64,000 nucleotides of DNA from Mobula hypostoma (Eukaryota), in assembly GCF_963921235.1 (NCBI RefSeq), contig NC_086097.1:15438001-15502000 (forward strand), given 5' to 3'. Of this stretch, positions 1-12,200 are shown piece by piece (positions within the stretch are counted from its first letter, which is position 1; every line of letters starts with the position of its first letter). The notes beneath the pieces are model-generated. The model made no database searches, was not told the DNA's origin, and saw only the letters and a list, made by a program, of their open reading frames with translations. Position numbers and translations under genes: made by a program.

Positions 1-222
1 TTTGCGTTCCCAAACATTTAAATAGTGAGGAGACAATCTGAGCAAAGATCCCAAAGTCTAAGTGAATCTGACAGCATAGACAGAGGGAAGCTATTTTCAC
101 TGCTTGGGGAGACAAAGGTAGGAAACAGTCCAAAATCGAAAGCATCTTAGGAGTTTTAGAAAGTACATAGCTTTAGAATTCTCTTCAACAAATGCCAATT
201 AATGCCAACGACAAACTAATAG

Positions 223-750
223 AAGAACTCAGTAGGTCAGGCAACATCTGTGGAGGGAAATGGACAGGGTACCTTTTGGATTGAGACCCTTCATCTGGAC
301 TGAAAGAGTCGAGGGGAGCTGGCTCAAAAAGGTGAGGGGAAGTGGTGGGGCAAAAGCTGGCAATCGATATGTGGATCCAGGTGAGAAGGGTGACAAACAG
401 GTGAAGGAGGGAAGGGTAAAATTAGTGACAGAAGCTGGGATGTGATGGGTGGAGACAATAAAGGGCTGCAGATGGTAGAATCTGATAGGGAAGGAAGATG
501 GAGCATGGAACCAGGTGGGGTGGGGTGGGCAGATGGTGGCAGCAGGAGGGGGGGATCCTGTGGGAGGAGTGTGTGGGTAATAGGCAGATGAGCCAGGGGA
601 AAGAAGCAGCATTTTCAGAGGGGCAGGTTGTGGAAGGAACCAGGTAGACCAGTTGCAGAGAGATAGGGACAGGCGGGAAGCAGGTTATCTGAAATAGGAG
701 AATTCAACATTCATGCTATCGGGTAGAGCCAGACAGATAGGAATATGAGG
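223..750 (-). mobile_element. Decayed Penelope-like element 3' fragment
   Basis: Begins with the family terminal motif (AACTCAG.AGGTCAGGCA.CATCT...GAGACCCTTCATC.GGACTG) shared with the copies at 2780 and 4247. Confidence 0.7.
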
Positions 751-842
751 CAGATCACAATATTATAAAGTTAGATCACAAATTATTTGTGATGTCCGTG
801 AACAATAGAACAAGTTTGAGTGGTAAATGTCCCCTTCCTATT

Positions 843-1289
843 TAGAACATAGAAAACCTACAGCACCATTCAGGCCCTTTGGCCCACAAAGCTGTGCCGA
901 ACATGTCCTTACCTTAGAAATTACCAAGGGTTACCCATAGCCCTCTATTTTTCTGAGCTCCATGTACCTGTCTAGGAGTTTCTTAAAAGACCCAATCGTA
1001 TCCGCCTCCACCACCATCGCCAGCAGCCCATTCCAGGCCCTCAGCACTCTCTGCATAAAAAAAAACTTACCTCTGACATCTCCTCTGTACCTACATCCAA
1101 GCACCTTAAAACTATGCCCTCTCGTGCTAGCCATTTCAGCACTGGGAAAAAGACTCTGACTATCCACACAATCAATGCCTCTCATCATCTAAAACACCTC
1201 TATCAGGTCACCCCTCATCCACTGTTCTCCAAAGAGAAAAGGCCGAGTTCACTCAACCTATTCTCATAAGGCATGCCCCCCAATCCAGG
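843..1289 (-). mobile_element. CR1-type LINE 3' fragment
   Basis: Minus-strand peptide MRGIDCVDSQSLFP..STRGHSFKVLG.RYRGDVRGKFF..RV..AWN.L resembles the CR1 ORF2 C-terminus. TAGAACATAGAA tail repeat on the + strand. Confidence 0.85.
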
Positions 1290-1629
1290 TTTCTAGGTCT
1301 TTAAAACTGTCTTTGTTGAACTGAACTGTTGCTGATAAAACATAGACTCTCCCACTATTGGAAACATCCTCTCCATATGGTAAAATACTAAATTAAATCA
1401 TATCTGTTCTGCCAGCACATTATTCACATCCATTCATATTCACTTATCTGCCTAAAAGCCTTGTAAACATCAATATTACACCCACATCCACCATTACCCC
1501 TGACAGATAATTCCAGACATCAGTCGAAATGCTCTCCATTGTACATTAATGGAAATTTGTTAAGAGTCTCTGGTGGCAGACTGAATATGACAAAGTAAAG
1601 CCTCTGGCATGCCTTCTTTGCAATTGCCA

Positions 1630-1885
1630 GTTTCTTACTTCATCCTCCCTCCGTTGGAGAGTCACCTATTCCCTCACCAGGTTTCACCTATTATCTGCCA
1701 GCTTGTATCTCACTATCTTATACCCGCTTCTATCCCCCTTCCTTTCCAGTCCTGATAAAGGATCTCAGCCCAAAATGTTGACTTTTTATTCGCCTCCACA
1801 GATGCTGCACGACTTGCTGAGTTCCTCCAGAATATTTTGTGTGTGTTGTTCCAGACTTCCATCATCTGTAGAATCTCTTGTGCTT
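1630..1885 (+). mobile_element. Penelope-like terminal (pLTR) fragment
   Basis: CAGTCCTGATAAAGGATCTCAGCCCAAAATGTTGAC...GATGCTGC..GCTGAGTTCCTCCAG is the decayed family terminus. Confidence 0.7.
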
Positions 1886-2779
1886 ATGATTGCGTCGATA
1901 TGTTGGACTGAGAATAGCTCCTCTGAGATGTTGGCTCCCAGGAACTTGAAGCTGTTCACTGTTTTCACCACTGCCTGCAAGTGTCCCTGAAACTGCCCCT
2001 TTCACCTTAAATACACATCCTCTAAAATCGGAACCTTAAATGCACATCATCCAATATTTGAAACAACTGTTTTAATGTTTTTAAATTACTATCAGGCTAA
2101 TTTTCTGCATACTTTGATTTCCCAGTGCAATTACTACAGAAGTCATTTTCTTTTGGTATGGAGATAATTGAAGAACAGACTTGTTATCTACTAAGAGATA
2201 AGCTATAAGATTGCAAGTAAACTATCAATGGTAATTACTTTGTAGATTAAACAAAATGAACAGGGAGAAAAATGATTAATAAACTGCAAGATGTACATTT
2301 CAATTGATTGCTTCCAGATAGAGAGACAGGCCCAGAATTTGTTGCTCCGTGTATGCTTGTTTTTTTTGCATACGATTGGGTTCGCAGTTATAGGTTGGCC
2401 TCTGTGAATTGTTTCTGCCCTGCTAATTATTAGAGCAGCAAATCAATTGTGCCTCGATAAGTTTAATGGGACAACTGGGAATTCACGGAGTCATGGGACC
2501 AAAACACTGGCCATTTATATTTAAAGATAAAGAAAAAAGGATTGGAATGACGGAAGAGGCAATTAAGTGCAGAAAGAGAGATTTAAAAAACGGGCAATTG
2601 GGCTTAAAAGAGAGATAATAGAAAGAAAATGGTTATAAAAAAATTAGATCATTTACAATTTAAAATGGCACTTGAAATAACTTATTGATTACAAGAAAGA
2701 GTTTCTGTTGGTTCAGTTGCTCAGTCTGTAGGGAGGTGGCCTGCACAAAGGATTATAGCAGCAGCAATCACTGATCAGG

Positions 2780-3446
2780 CAAACACGAGGAATTCTGTAG
2801 ATGCTGGAAATTCAAGCAACACACATCAAAGTTGCTGGTGAATGCAGCAGGCCAGGCAGCATCTCTAGGAAGAGGTACAGTCAACGTTTCGGGCCGAGAC
2901 CCTTCGTCAGGACTAACTGAAGGAAGAGCTAGTAAGAGATTTGAAAGTAGGGGGGGAGGGGGAGTTCCAAAATGATAGGAGAAGACAGGAGGGGAAGGGA
3001 TGGAGCCAAGAGCTGGACAGGTGATTGGCAAAAGGGATATGAGAGGATCATGGGACAGGAGGCCTAGGGAGAAAGAAAATGGGGAGGGGGGAAAACTCAG
3101 AGGATGGGCAAGGGGTATAGTCAGAGGGACAGAGGGAGAAAAAGGAGAGAGAGTAAAAGAATGTGTGTATATAAATAAATAAGAGATGGGGTACAAGGGG
3201 GAGGTGGGTCATTAGCGGAAGTTAGATAAGTCAGTGTTCATGCCATCAGATTAGAGGCTACCCAGATGGAATATAAGGTGTTGTTCCTCCAACCTGAGTG
3301 TGGCTTCATCTTTACAGTAGAGGAGGCCGTGGATAGACATATCAGACTGGGAATGGGATGTGGAATTAAAAAGTGTGTCCACTGGGAGATCCTGCTTTCT
3401 CTGGCGGACAGAGCGTAGGTGTTCAGCGAAACAATCTCCCAGTCTG
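2780..3446 (-). mobile_element. Penelope-like element 3' part (GIY-YIG C-terminus plus terminus), flanked by a 58-bp direct repeat
   Basis: ORF 3251..3466 RLGDCFAEHLRSV...FNSTSHS...HGLLYC...RLEEQHLIFHLGSL. Flanking copies at 2722-2779 and 3440-3497. Confidence 0.85.
2878..2915 (-). ncRNA. Minimal type I hammerhead ribozyme motif (Penelope-associated)
   Basis: Minus strand UAGUC-CUGACGA-A-GGGUCUCGGCCC-GAAACGUU-GACUG, with palindromic AACGUU in stem III. Confidence 0.72.
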
Positions 3447-3533
3447 TAGGGAGGTGGCTTGCACAAAGGATTGTAGCAGCAGCGATCACTGATCAGGGTT
3501 CAATTCCTGCTGCTGACTGTGAGGAATTTAAAC

Positions 3534-3967
3534 TTATTCGAACAAACTCATTCGTAAGGCTAGTGATGTTGTGGGGATGGAACTGGACTCTCTCACGGTG
3601 GTGTCTGAAAAGAGGATGCTGTCCAAGTTGCATACCATCTTGGTCAATGTCTCCCATCCACTACATAATGGACTGGGTGGGCACAGGGGTACATTCAGCC
3701 AGAGACTCATTCCACCGAGATGCAGCACAGAGCATCATAGGAAGTCATCCCTGCCTGTGGCCATCAAACTTTACAACTCCTCCCTTGGAGGGTCAGACAC
3801 CCCGAGCCAATAGGCTGGTCCTGGACTTATTTCATAATTTACTGGCATAATTTACATATTACTATTTAACTACTTATGGTTCTATTACTATTTATTATTT
3901 ATGGTGCAACTGTAACGAAAACCAATTTCCCCCTGGGATCAATAAAGTATGACTATGATATGACTAT
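3534..3967 (+). mobile_element. Rex1/Babar-type LINE 3' end
   Basis: GMELDSLTVVSEKRMLSKLH...RKSSLPVAIKLYN is nearly identical to the C-terminus of the copy at 46214-47047. AATAAA followed by a (TGACTA)n tail. Confidence 0.85.
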
Positions 3968-4246
3968 TAGCCGATTCGTTCTGGCATTTTCCATTTTATT
4001 TCACATTCCCTACACCTAAAATTTTTTTCGTTTCCATCTGCTACCACATTCACCTGAAATAATGGCACAAAACTGATAATTTTTGAAGCACGTGGGGAGG
4101 ATGACCATTGGACAACCGACAGAGCAGTACAAAACACTGACAACTATGCCTTTGGCTTCAGGACCCACAGCCACAATTATAATCTGACCTCACATCCACT
4201 ATTTGCCTTTTTAAGGGTACTCCTTAAAACTTGCTCCTGTTCACCA

Positions 4247-5300
4247 AGCAACACAAAGTGCTGGAGGAACTCAGCAGGCCAGGCAGCATCTATGGAAAAA
4301 AAGTAAACAGTCGACATTTCGGGCCGAGACCCTTCATCAGGACTGGAGAAAGAGATGAGAAGTCAGAGCAAGAAGGTGGTGGACAGGGAAGAAGTACAAA
4401 GTGATAGGTGATAGGTGAAACTGGGAGAGGGAGAGGGAGAGGGAGAGGGGTGAAGTAACAAGCTGGGAAGTCGATTGGTGAAAGGGGGAATCTGACAGGA
4501 GAGGGTAGAAGACCGTGGAAGAAAGGGAAGAGGGAGGAGCACCAGAGAGAGGTGATGGGCAGGTAAGGAGATAAGGTGAGAGAGGGAAAGGGAAATGGGG
4601 GAATTGTGAAGGGGGGGTTCAATAACTGGAAGTTTGAGAAATTAATTTTCATGCCATAAGGTAGGAGGCAACCCAGATGGAATCTAAGATGTTGCTCCTC
4701 TAATCTGAGTGTGACCTCATTGTGGCAGTAGAGGAGGCCATGGACTGACATGTCAGAATGGGAATGGGAAGTAGAATTGAAATGGGAGGCCACCGGGAGA
4801 TCCTGCTTTTTCTTTTGGACGGAGAGCAGGTGCTCAGCAAAGCAGTCTCCCAATCTATGCTGGGTGTCATTGATATATGAAGCCAAACTGGGAGCACCAT
4901 ATACAGTAGATGACCCCAATAGACTGACTGGGAGCACTGGATACAGTAGATGACCCCAACAGACCGACAAATGAAGTGTTGCCTCACCTGGAAGGACTGT
5001 TTGGGGCCCTGAATGGTAGTGAGGGAAGGAGGTGTAGGGGCAAGTGCAGCACTTGTTCCATTTGCAAGGTTAAGTGCCAGGAGGGAGATCAGTGGGGAAG
5101 GCCAAATGGACAAGGGAGTTGGGTAGGGAGTGATCCCTGCGGAAGGTGGAAAGTTGTGGAGAAGGGAAGATGTGCTTGGTGGTGAGATCCTGTTGCAGAT
5201 AGTGGAAGCTAGGGAGAATTATGTGCTGGATGGAGAGGTTAGTGGGTGGTAGGTGAGGACAAGAGGAACCCTATCCCTGGTAGGTGCCAGGAGGATGGAG
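4247..5300 (-). mobile_element. Penelope-like element fragment with GIY-YIG endonuclease
   Basis: GPKQSFQVRQHFICRSVGVIYCIQCS...RLGDCFAEHL, frameshifted. Internal ~40-bp tandem duplication near 4887-4968. Confidence 0.88.
4308..4345 (-). ncRNA. Minimal type I hammerhead ribozyme motif (Penelope-associated)
   Basis: Minus strand CAGUC-CUGAUGA-A-GGGU(CUCG)GCCC-GAAA-UGUC-GACUG: stem I CAGUC/GACUG, core CUGAUGA...GAAA, GUC cleavage triplet, vestigial stem III. Confidence 0.75.
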
Positions 5301-5494
5301 TTATTCTTTTCCTCACCCACCACCCCACTAGCCTCCTTTATCCAAGTACTTACTTGGTCATCTCCCCTTCCATTTCCTTCTTTAATCTAATGTTATATAC
5401 TAGTACATCTGTGAAGCTGCTTAGGTCATGTTCTGATATGTCAAAAGTACCATGTAAGTACAATTTACTGTTGTTGCTGTTGATGTAAAATCTT

Positions 5495-5795
5495 GTGTCT
5501 CACCGCTCCAAGGATCAAGATTGCATCCTGACCTTGGATGCTCCCTGGGTAGAGTTTGCACATGTTCCTCATGATAGCATGGGTACTCCAGCTTCCTTTC
5601 ACATCCTAATCATTTGCTGGTAGGTTAAATGCCAACTATAAATTATTCCTTGATGTAGGTTAATGGCTAAAGAAAGAAGCTAAAAGGGCATATGTTTGAG
5701 TGAGAATAGACTGTATGGGTACAAGAAAACTAAGGAGAAAGAGAGTGAAACTAACGGGGAACAGACCCAGTGGGTCAAATGGCCCCCTTCTGCAT
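5495..5795 (+). mobile_element. Decayed V-SINE (HE1-like)
   Basis: GTAGAGTTTGCACATGTTCCTCATGATAGCATGGGT...CTTCCTTTCACATCC resembles the V-domain consensus. Confidence 0.6.
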
Positions 5796-6201
5796 CTTTG
5801 TATTTATAATCATGGTGATTCTCATATCAGTCACAAATTCCTAAACTTTCTTCATTTAAGATGGATGCTCTAACTCTTTATAAGTTTCTCAGCAACTTTT
5901 GGCCCGACCGAAGGATGTGTCTAAATCAATTATAAACACAAGAGATTCTACAGATTCTGGAAATCTAGAGCCACACACCTAAAATGCAATTTTTTGTGTG
6001 TAGCTAAGTCAATTATTTTTGTTAAGTTTGCTGTTATGACTAGGCTGCTAACAGGGCATCAGTGCTTCCTTTATTTCTTTATTGGAGAACAAAGCTTTCT
6101 TTTCCACTCACATAACAAAGGTGAGTGAACCTTTCCAAAGTGCAATGAGTTTATCCCTGAGCTCATTGGCCAATTCTCCAATTAGAAAGCAACAAACTTA
6201 C

Positions 6202-9200
6202 CAACTAGCTAGCAACAAACGGGTTAGCATGTTGGGTGATGAGATCTCCAGGTTTATCGCCAGTTCCTTTTCCATTTTGCTGTGTGGGGGGGAGGGGGTT
6301 TTTGGGGTTGATGATTGCGATGTTGTTTTGGTGTGTGTGGGGGGAGGGGTTTTTGGGGGTTGATGATTGCGATGTTGTTTTGGTGTGTGTGGGGGGATTT
6401 TTGGGGTTGAAGATTGCGATGTTGTTTTGGTGTGTGTGGGGGGGATTTTTGGGGTTGATGATTGCGATGTTGTTTTTGTGTGTGGGGGGTTTTTGGGGTT
6501 GATGATTGCGATGTTGTTTTTGTGTGGGGGAGGGGATTTTTGGGGTTGATGATTGCGATGTTGTTTTGGTGTGTGTGGGGGGATTTTTGGGATTGATGAT
6601 TGCGATGTTGTTTTGGTGTGTGTGGGGGGTTTTTGGGGTTGATGATTGCGATGTTGTTTTGGTGTGTGTGGGGGGGTTTTTGGGGTTGATGATTGCGATG
6701 TTGTTTTGGTGTGTGTGGGGGGTTTTTTGGGTTGATGATTGCGATGTTGTTTTGGTGTGTGGGGGGGGATTTTTGGGGTTGATGATTGCGATGTTGTTTT
6801 GGTGTGTGTGGGGGGTTTTTGGGGTTGATGATTGCGATGTTGTTTTGGTGTGTGTGGGGGAGGGGATTTTTGGGGTTGATGATTGCGATGTTGTTTTTGT
6901 GTGTGGGGGGTTTTTGGGGTTGATGATTGCGATGTTGTTTCTGTGTGTGTGGGGGGGGATTTTTGGGATTGATGATTGCGATGTTGTTTTGGTGTGTGTG
7001 GGGGGATTTTTGGGGTTGATGATTGCGATGTTGTTTTGGTGTGTGTGGGGGGGTTTTGGGGTTGATGATTGCGATGTTGTATTGGTGTGTGTGGGGGGGT
7101 TTTGGGGTTGATGATTGCGATGTTGTTTTGGTGTGTGTGGGGGGAGGGGGTTTTTGGGGTTGATGATTGCGATGTTGTTTTGGTGTGTGTGGGGGGGTTT
7201 TGGGGTTGATGATTGCGATGTTGTTTTGGTGTGTGGGGGGGGATTTTTGGGGTTGATGATTGCGATGTTGTTTTGGTGTGTGTGGGGGAGGGGATTTTTG
7301 GGGTTGATGATTGCGATGTTGTTTTGGTGTGTGTGGGGGGAGGGGGTTTTTGGGGTTGATGATTGCGATGTTGTTTTGGTGTGTGTGGGGGATTTTTGGG
7401 GTTGATGATTGCGATGTTGTTTTGGTGTGTGTGGGGGAGGGGATTTTTGGGGTTGATGATTGCGATGTTGTTTTGGTGTGTGGGGGAGGGGATTTTTGGG
7501 GTTGATGATTGCGATGTTGTTTTGGTGTGTGTGGGGGGAGGGGGTTTTTGGGGTTGATGATTGCGATGTTGTTTTGGTGTGTGTGGGGGGGTTTTGGGGT
7601 TGATGATTGCGATGTTGTTTTGGTGTGTGTGGGGGGGTTTTGGGGTTGATGATTGCGATGTTGTTTTGGTGTGTGTGGGGGAGGGGATTTTTGGGGTTGA
7701 TGATTGCGATGTTGTTTTTGTGTGTGGGGGGTTTTTGGGGTTGATGATTGCGATGTTGTTTTTGTGTGTGGGGGGGATTTCTGGGGTTGATGATTGCGAT
7801 GTTGTTTTGGTGTGTGTGTGGGGGTTTTGGGGTTGATGATTGCGATGTTGTTTTGCTGTGTGTGGGGGGGATTTTTGGGGTTGATGATTGCGATGTTGTT
7901 TTGGTGTGTGTGGGGGAGGGGATTTTTGGGGTTGATGATTGCGATGTTGTTTTGGTGTGTGTGGGGGGGGATTTTTGGGGTTGATGATTGCGATGTTGTT
8001 TTGGTGTGTGTGAGGGGGGTTTTGGGGTTGATGATTGCGATGTTGTTTTGGTGTGTGTGGGGGGGTTTTGGGGTTGATGATTGCGATGTTGTTTTGGTGT
8101 GTGTGGGGGAGGGGATTTTTGGGGTTGATGATTGCGATGTTGTTTTTGTGTGTGTGGGGGGGTTTTGGGGTTGATGATTGCGATGTTGTTTTGGTGTGTG
8201 TGGGGGAGGGGATTTTTGGGGTTGATGATTGCGATGTTGTTTTGGTGTGTGTGGGGGGGGGGATTTTTGGGGTTGATGATTGCGATGTTGTTTTGGTGTG
8301 TGTGGGGGGGGGATTTTTGGGGTTGATGATTGCGATGTTGTTTTGGTGTGTGTGGGGGGGTTTTTGGGGTTGATGATTGCGATGTTGTTTTGGTGTGTGT
8401 GGGGGAGGGGATTTTTGGGGTTGATGATTGCGATGTTGTTTTGGTGTGTGTGGGGGAGGGGATTTTTGGGGTTGATGATTGCGATGTTGTTTTGGTGTGT
8501 GTGGGGGAGGGGATTTTTGGGGTTGATGATTGCGATGTTGTTTTGGGTGTGTGGGGGGGATTTTTGGGGTTGATGATTGCGATGTTGTTTTGGTGTGTGT
8601 GGGGGGGATTTTTGGGGTTGATGATTGCGATGTTGTTTTGGTGTGTGTGGGGGAGGGGATTTTTGGGGTTGATGATTGCGATGTTGTTTTTTGTGTGGGG
8701 GGATTTTTGGGGTTGATGATTGCGATGTTGTTTTGGTGTGTGTGGGGGGATTTTTGGGGTTGATGATTGCGATGTTGTTTTGGTGTGTGTGGGGGAGGGG
8801 ATTTTTGGGGTTGATGATTGCGATGTTGTTTTGGTGTGTGTGGGGGGGATTTTGGGGTTGGGGATTTTTGGGGTTTGATGATTGCGATGTTGTTTTTGTG
8901 TGTGTGTGGGGAGGGGGATTTTTGGGGTTGATGATTGCGATGTTGTTTTGGTGTGTGTGGGGGGGTTTTGGGGTTGATGATTGCGATGTTGTTTTGGTGT
9001 GTGTGGGGAGGGGTTTTTGGGGTTGATGATTGCATGTTGTTTTGGTGTGTGTGGGGGGATTTTTGGGGTTGATGATTGCGATGTTGTTTTGTGTGTGTGG
9101 GGTTTTTGGGGTTGATGATTGCGATGTTGTTTTGTGTGTGTGTGGGGGATGATTGCGATGTTGTTTTGGTGTGTGTGGGGATTTTTGGGGTTGATGATTG

Positions 9201-12200
9201 CGATGTTGTTTTGGTGTGTGTGGGGGGGATTTTTGGGGTTGATGATTGCGATGTTGTTTTGGTGTGTGTGGGGGAGGGGATTTTTGGGGTTGATGATTGC
9301 GATGTTGTTTTGGTGTGTGTGGGGGGGATTTTTGGGGTTGATGATTGCGATGTTGTTTTGGTGTGTGTGAGGGGATTTTTGGGGTTGATGATTGCGATGT
9401 TGTTTTGGTGTGTGTGGGGGGGTTTTGGGGTTGATGATTGCGATGTTGTTTTGGTGTGTGTGGGGGAGGGGATTTTTGGGGTTGATGATTGCGATGTTGT
9501 TTTGGTGTGTGTGGGGGGATTTTTGGGGTTGATGATTGCGATGTTGTTTTGGTGTGTGTGGGGGGAGGGGTTTTTGGGGTTGATGATTGCGATGTTGTTT
9601 TGGTGTGTGTGGGGGGGATTTTTGGGGTTGATGATTGCGATGTTGTTTTTGTGTGTGGGGGGAGGGGGTTTTTGGGGTTGATGATTGCGATGTTGTTTTG
9701 GTGTGTGTGGGGGAGGGGATTTTTGGGGTTGATGATTGCGATGTTGTTTTTGTGTGTGTGGGGATTTTTGGGGTTGATGATTGCGATGTTGTTTTGGTGT
9801 GTGTGGGGGGGATTTTTGGGGTTGATGATTGCGATGTTGTTTTGGTGTGTGTGGGGGGGATTTTTGGGGTTGATGATTGCGATGTTGTTTTGGTGTGTGT
9901 GGGGGGAGGGGGTTTTTGGGGTTGATGATTGCGATGTTGTTTCTGTGTGTGTGGGGGGGGGATTTTTGGGATTGATGATTGCGATGTTGTTTTGGTGTGT
10001 GTGGGGGAGGGGATTTTTGGGGTTGATGATTGCGATGTTGTTTTTGTGTGTGTGGGGATTTTTGGGGTTGATGATTGCGATGTTGTTTTGGTGTGTGTGG
10101 GGGGGATTTTTGGGGTTGATGATTGCGATGTTGTTTTGGTGTGTGTGGGGGAGGGGATTTTTGGGGTTGATGATTGCGATGTTGTTTTTGTGTGTGTGGG
10201 GATTTTTGGGGTTGATGATTGCGATGTTGTTTTGGTGTGTGTGGGGGGGATTTTTGGGGTTGATGATTGCGATGTTGTTTTGGTGTGTGTGGGGGAGGGG
10301 ATTTTTGGGGTTGATGATTGCGATGTTGTTTTGGTGTGTGTGGGGGGGATTTTTGGGGTTGATGATTGCGATGTTGTTTTGGTGTGTGTGAGGGGATTTT
10401 TGGGGTTGATGATTGCGATGTTGTTTTGGTGTGTGTGTGGGGGTTTTGGGGTTGATGATTGCGATGTTGTTTTGGTGTGTGTGGGGGAGGGGATTTTTGG
10501 GGTTGATGATTGCGATGTTGTTTTTGTGTGTGTGGGGATTTTTGGGGTTGATGATTGCGATGTTGTTTTGGTGTGTGTGGGGGGGATTTTTGGGGTTGAT
10601 GATTGCGATGTTGTTTTGGTGTGTGTGGGGGGGATTTTTGGGGTTGATGATTGCGATGTTGTTTTGGTGTGTGTGGGGGGAGGGGGTTTTTGGGGTTGAT
10701 GATTGCGATGTTGTTTCTGTGTGTGTGGGGGGGGATTTTTGGGATTGATGATTGCGATGTTGTTTTGGTGTGTGTGCGGGAGGGGATTTTTGGGGTTGAT
10801 GATTGCGATGTTGTTTTTGTGTGTGTGGGGATTTTTGGGGTTGATGATTGCGATGTTGTTTTGGTGTGTGTGTGGGGGATTTTTGGGGTTGATGATTGCG
10901 ATGTTGTTTTGGTGTGTGTGGGGATTTTTGGGGTTGATGATTGCGATGTTGTTTTGGTGTGTGTGGGGGGGATTTTTGGGGTTGATGATTGCGATGTTGT
11001 TTTGGTGTGTGTGGGGGAGGGGATTTTTGGGGTTGATGATTGCGATGTTGTTTTGGTGTGTGTGGGGGGGATTTTTGGGGTTGATGATTGCGATGTTGTT
11101 TTGGTGTGTGTGAGGGGATTTTTGGGGTTGATGATTGCGATGTTGTTTTGGTGTGTGTGGGGGGGTTTTGGGGTTGATGATTGCGATGTTGTTTTGGTGT
11201 GTCTGGGGGGAGGGGGTTTTTGGGGTTGATGATTGCGATGTTGTTTTGGTGTGTGTGGGGGGATTTTTGGGGTTGATGATTGCGATGTTGTTTTGGTGTG
11301 TGTGGGGGGAGGGGGTTTTTGGGGTTGATGATTGCGATGTTGTTTTGGTGTGTGTGGGGGGGATTTTTGGGGTTGATGATTGCGATGTTGTTTTGGTGTG
11401 TGTGGGGGGTTTTTGGGGTTGATGATTGCGATGTTGTTTTGGTGTGTGTGGGGGGAGGGGGTTTTGGGGTTGATGATTGCGATGTTGTTTTGGTGTGTGT
11501 GGGGGGAGGGGCTTTTGGGGTTGATGATTGCGATGTTGTTTTGGTGTGTGTGGGGGGTAGGGGATTTTTGGGGTTGATGATTGCGATGTTGTTTTGGTGT
11601 GTGTGGGGGGATTTTTGGGGTTGATGATTGCGATGTTGTTTTGGTGTGTGTGGGGGGGTTTTGGGGTTGATGATTGCGATGTTGTTTTGGTGTGTGTGGG
11701 GGGGTTTTGGGGTTGATGATTGCGATGTTGTTTTGGTGTGTGTGGGGGAGGGGATTTTTGGGGTTGATGATTGCGATGTTGTTTTGGTGTGTGTGGGGGG
11801 ATTTTTGGGGTTGATGATTGCGATGTTGTTTTGGTGTGTGTGGGGGGGATTTTTGGGGTTGATGATTGCGATGTTGTTTTGGTGTGTGTGGGGGAGGGGA
11901 TTTTTGGGGTTGATGATTGCGATGTTGTTTTGGTGTGTGTGGGGGGGATTTTTGGGGTTGATGATTGCGATGTTGTTTTGGTGTGTGTGAGGGGATTTTT
12001 GGGGTTGATGATTGCGATGTTGTTTTGGTGTGTGTGGGGGGGTTTTGGGGTTGATGATTGCGATGTTGTTTTGGTGTGTGTGGGGGAGGGGATTTTTGGG
12101 GTTGATGATTGCGATGTTGTTTTTGTGTGGGGGGAGGGGGTTTTTGGGGTTGATGATTGTGATGTTGTTTTGGTGTGTGTGGGGGAGGGGATTTTTGGGG

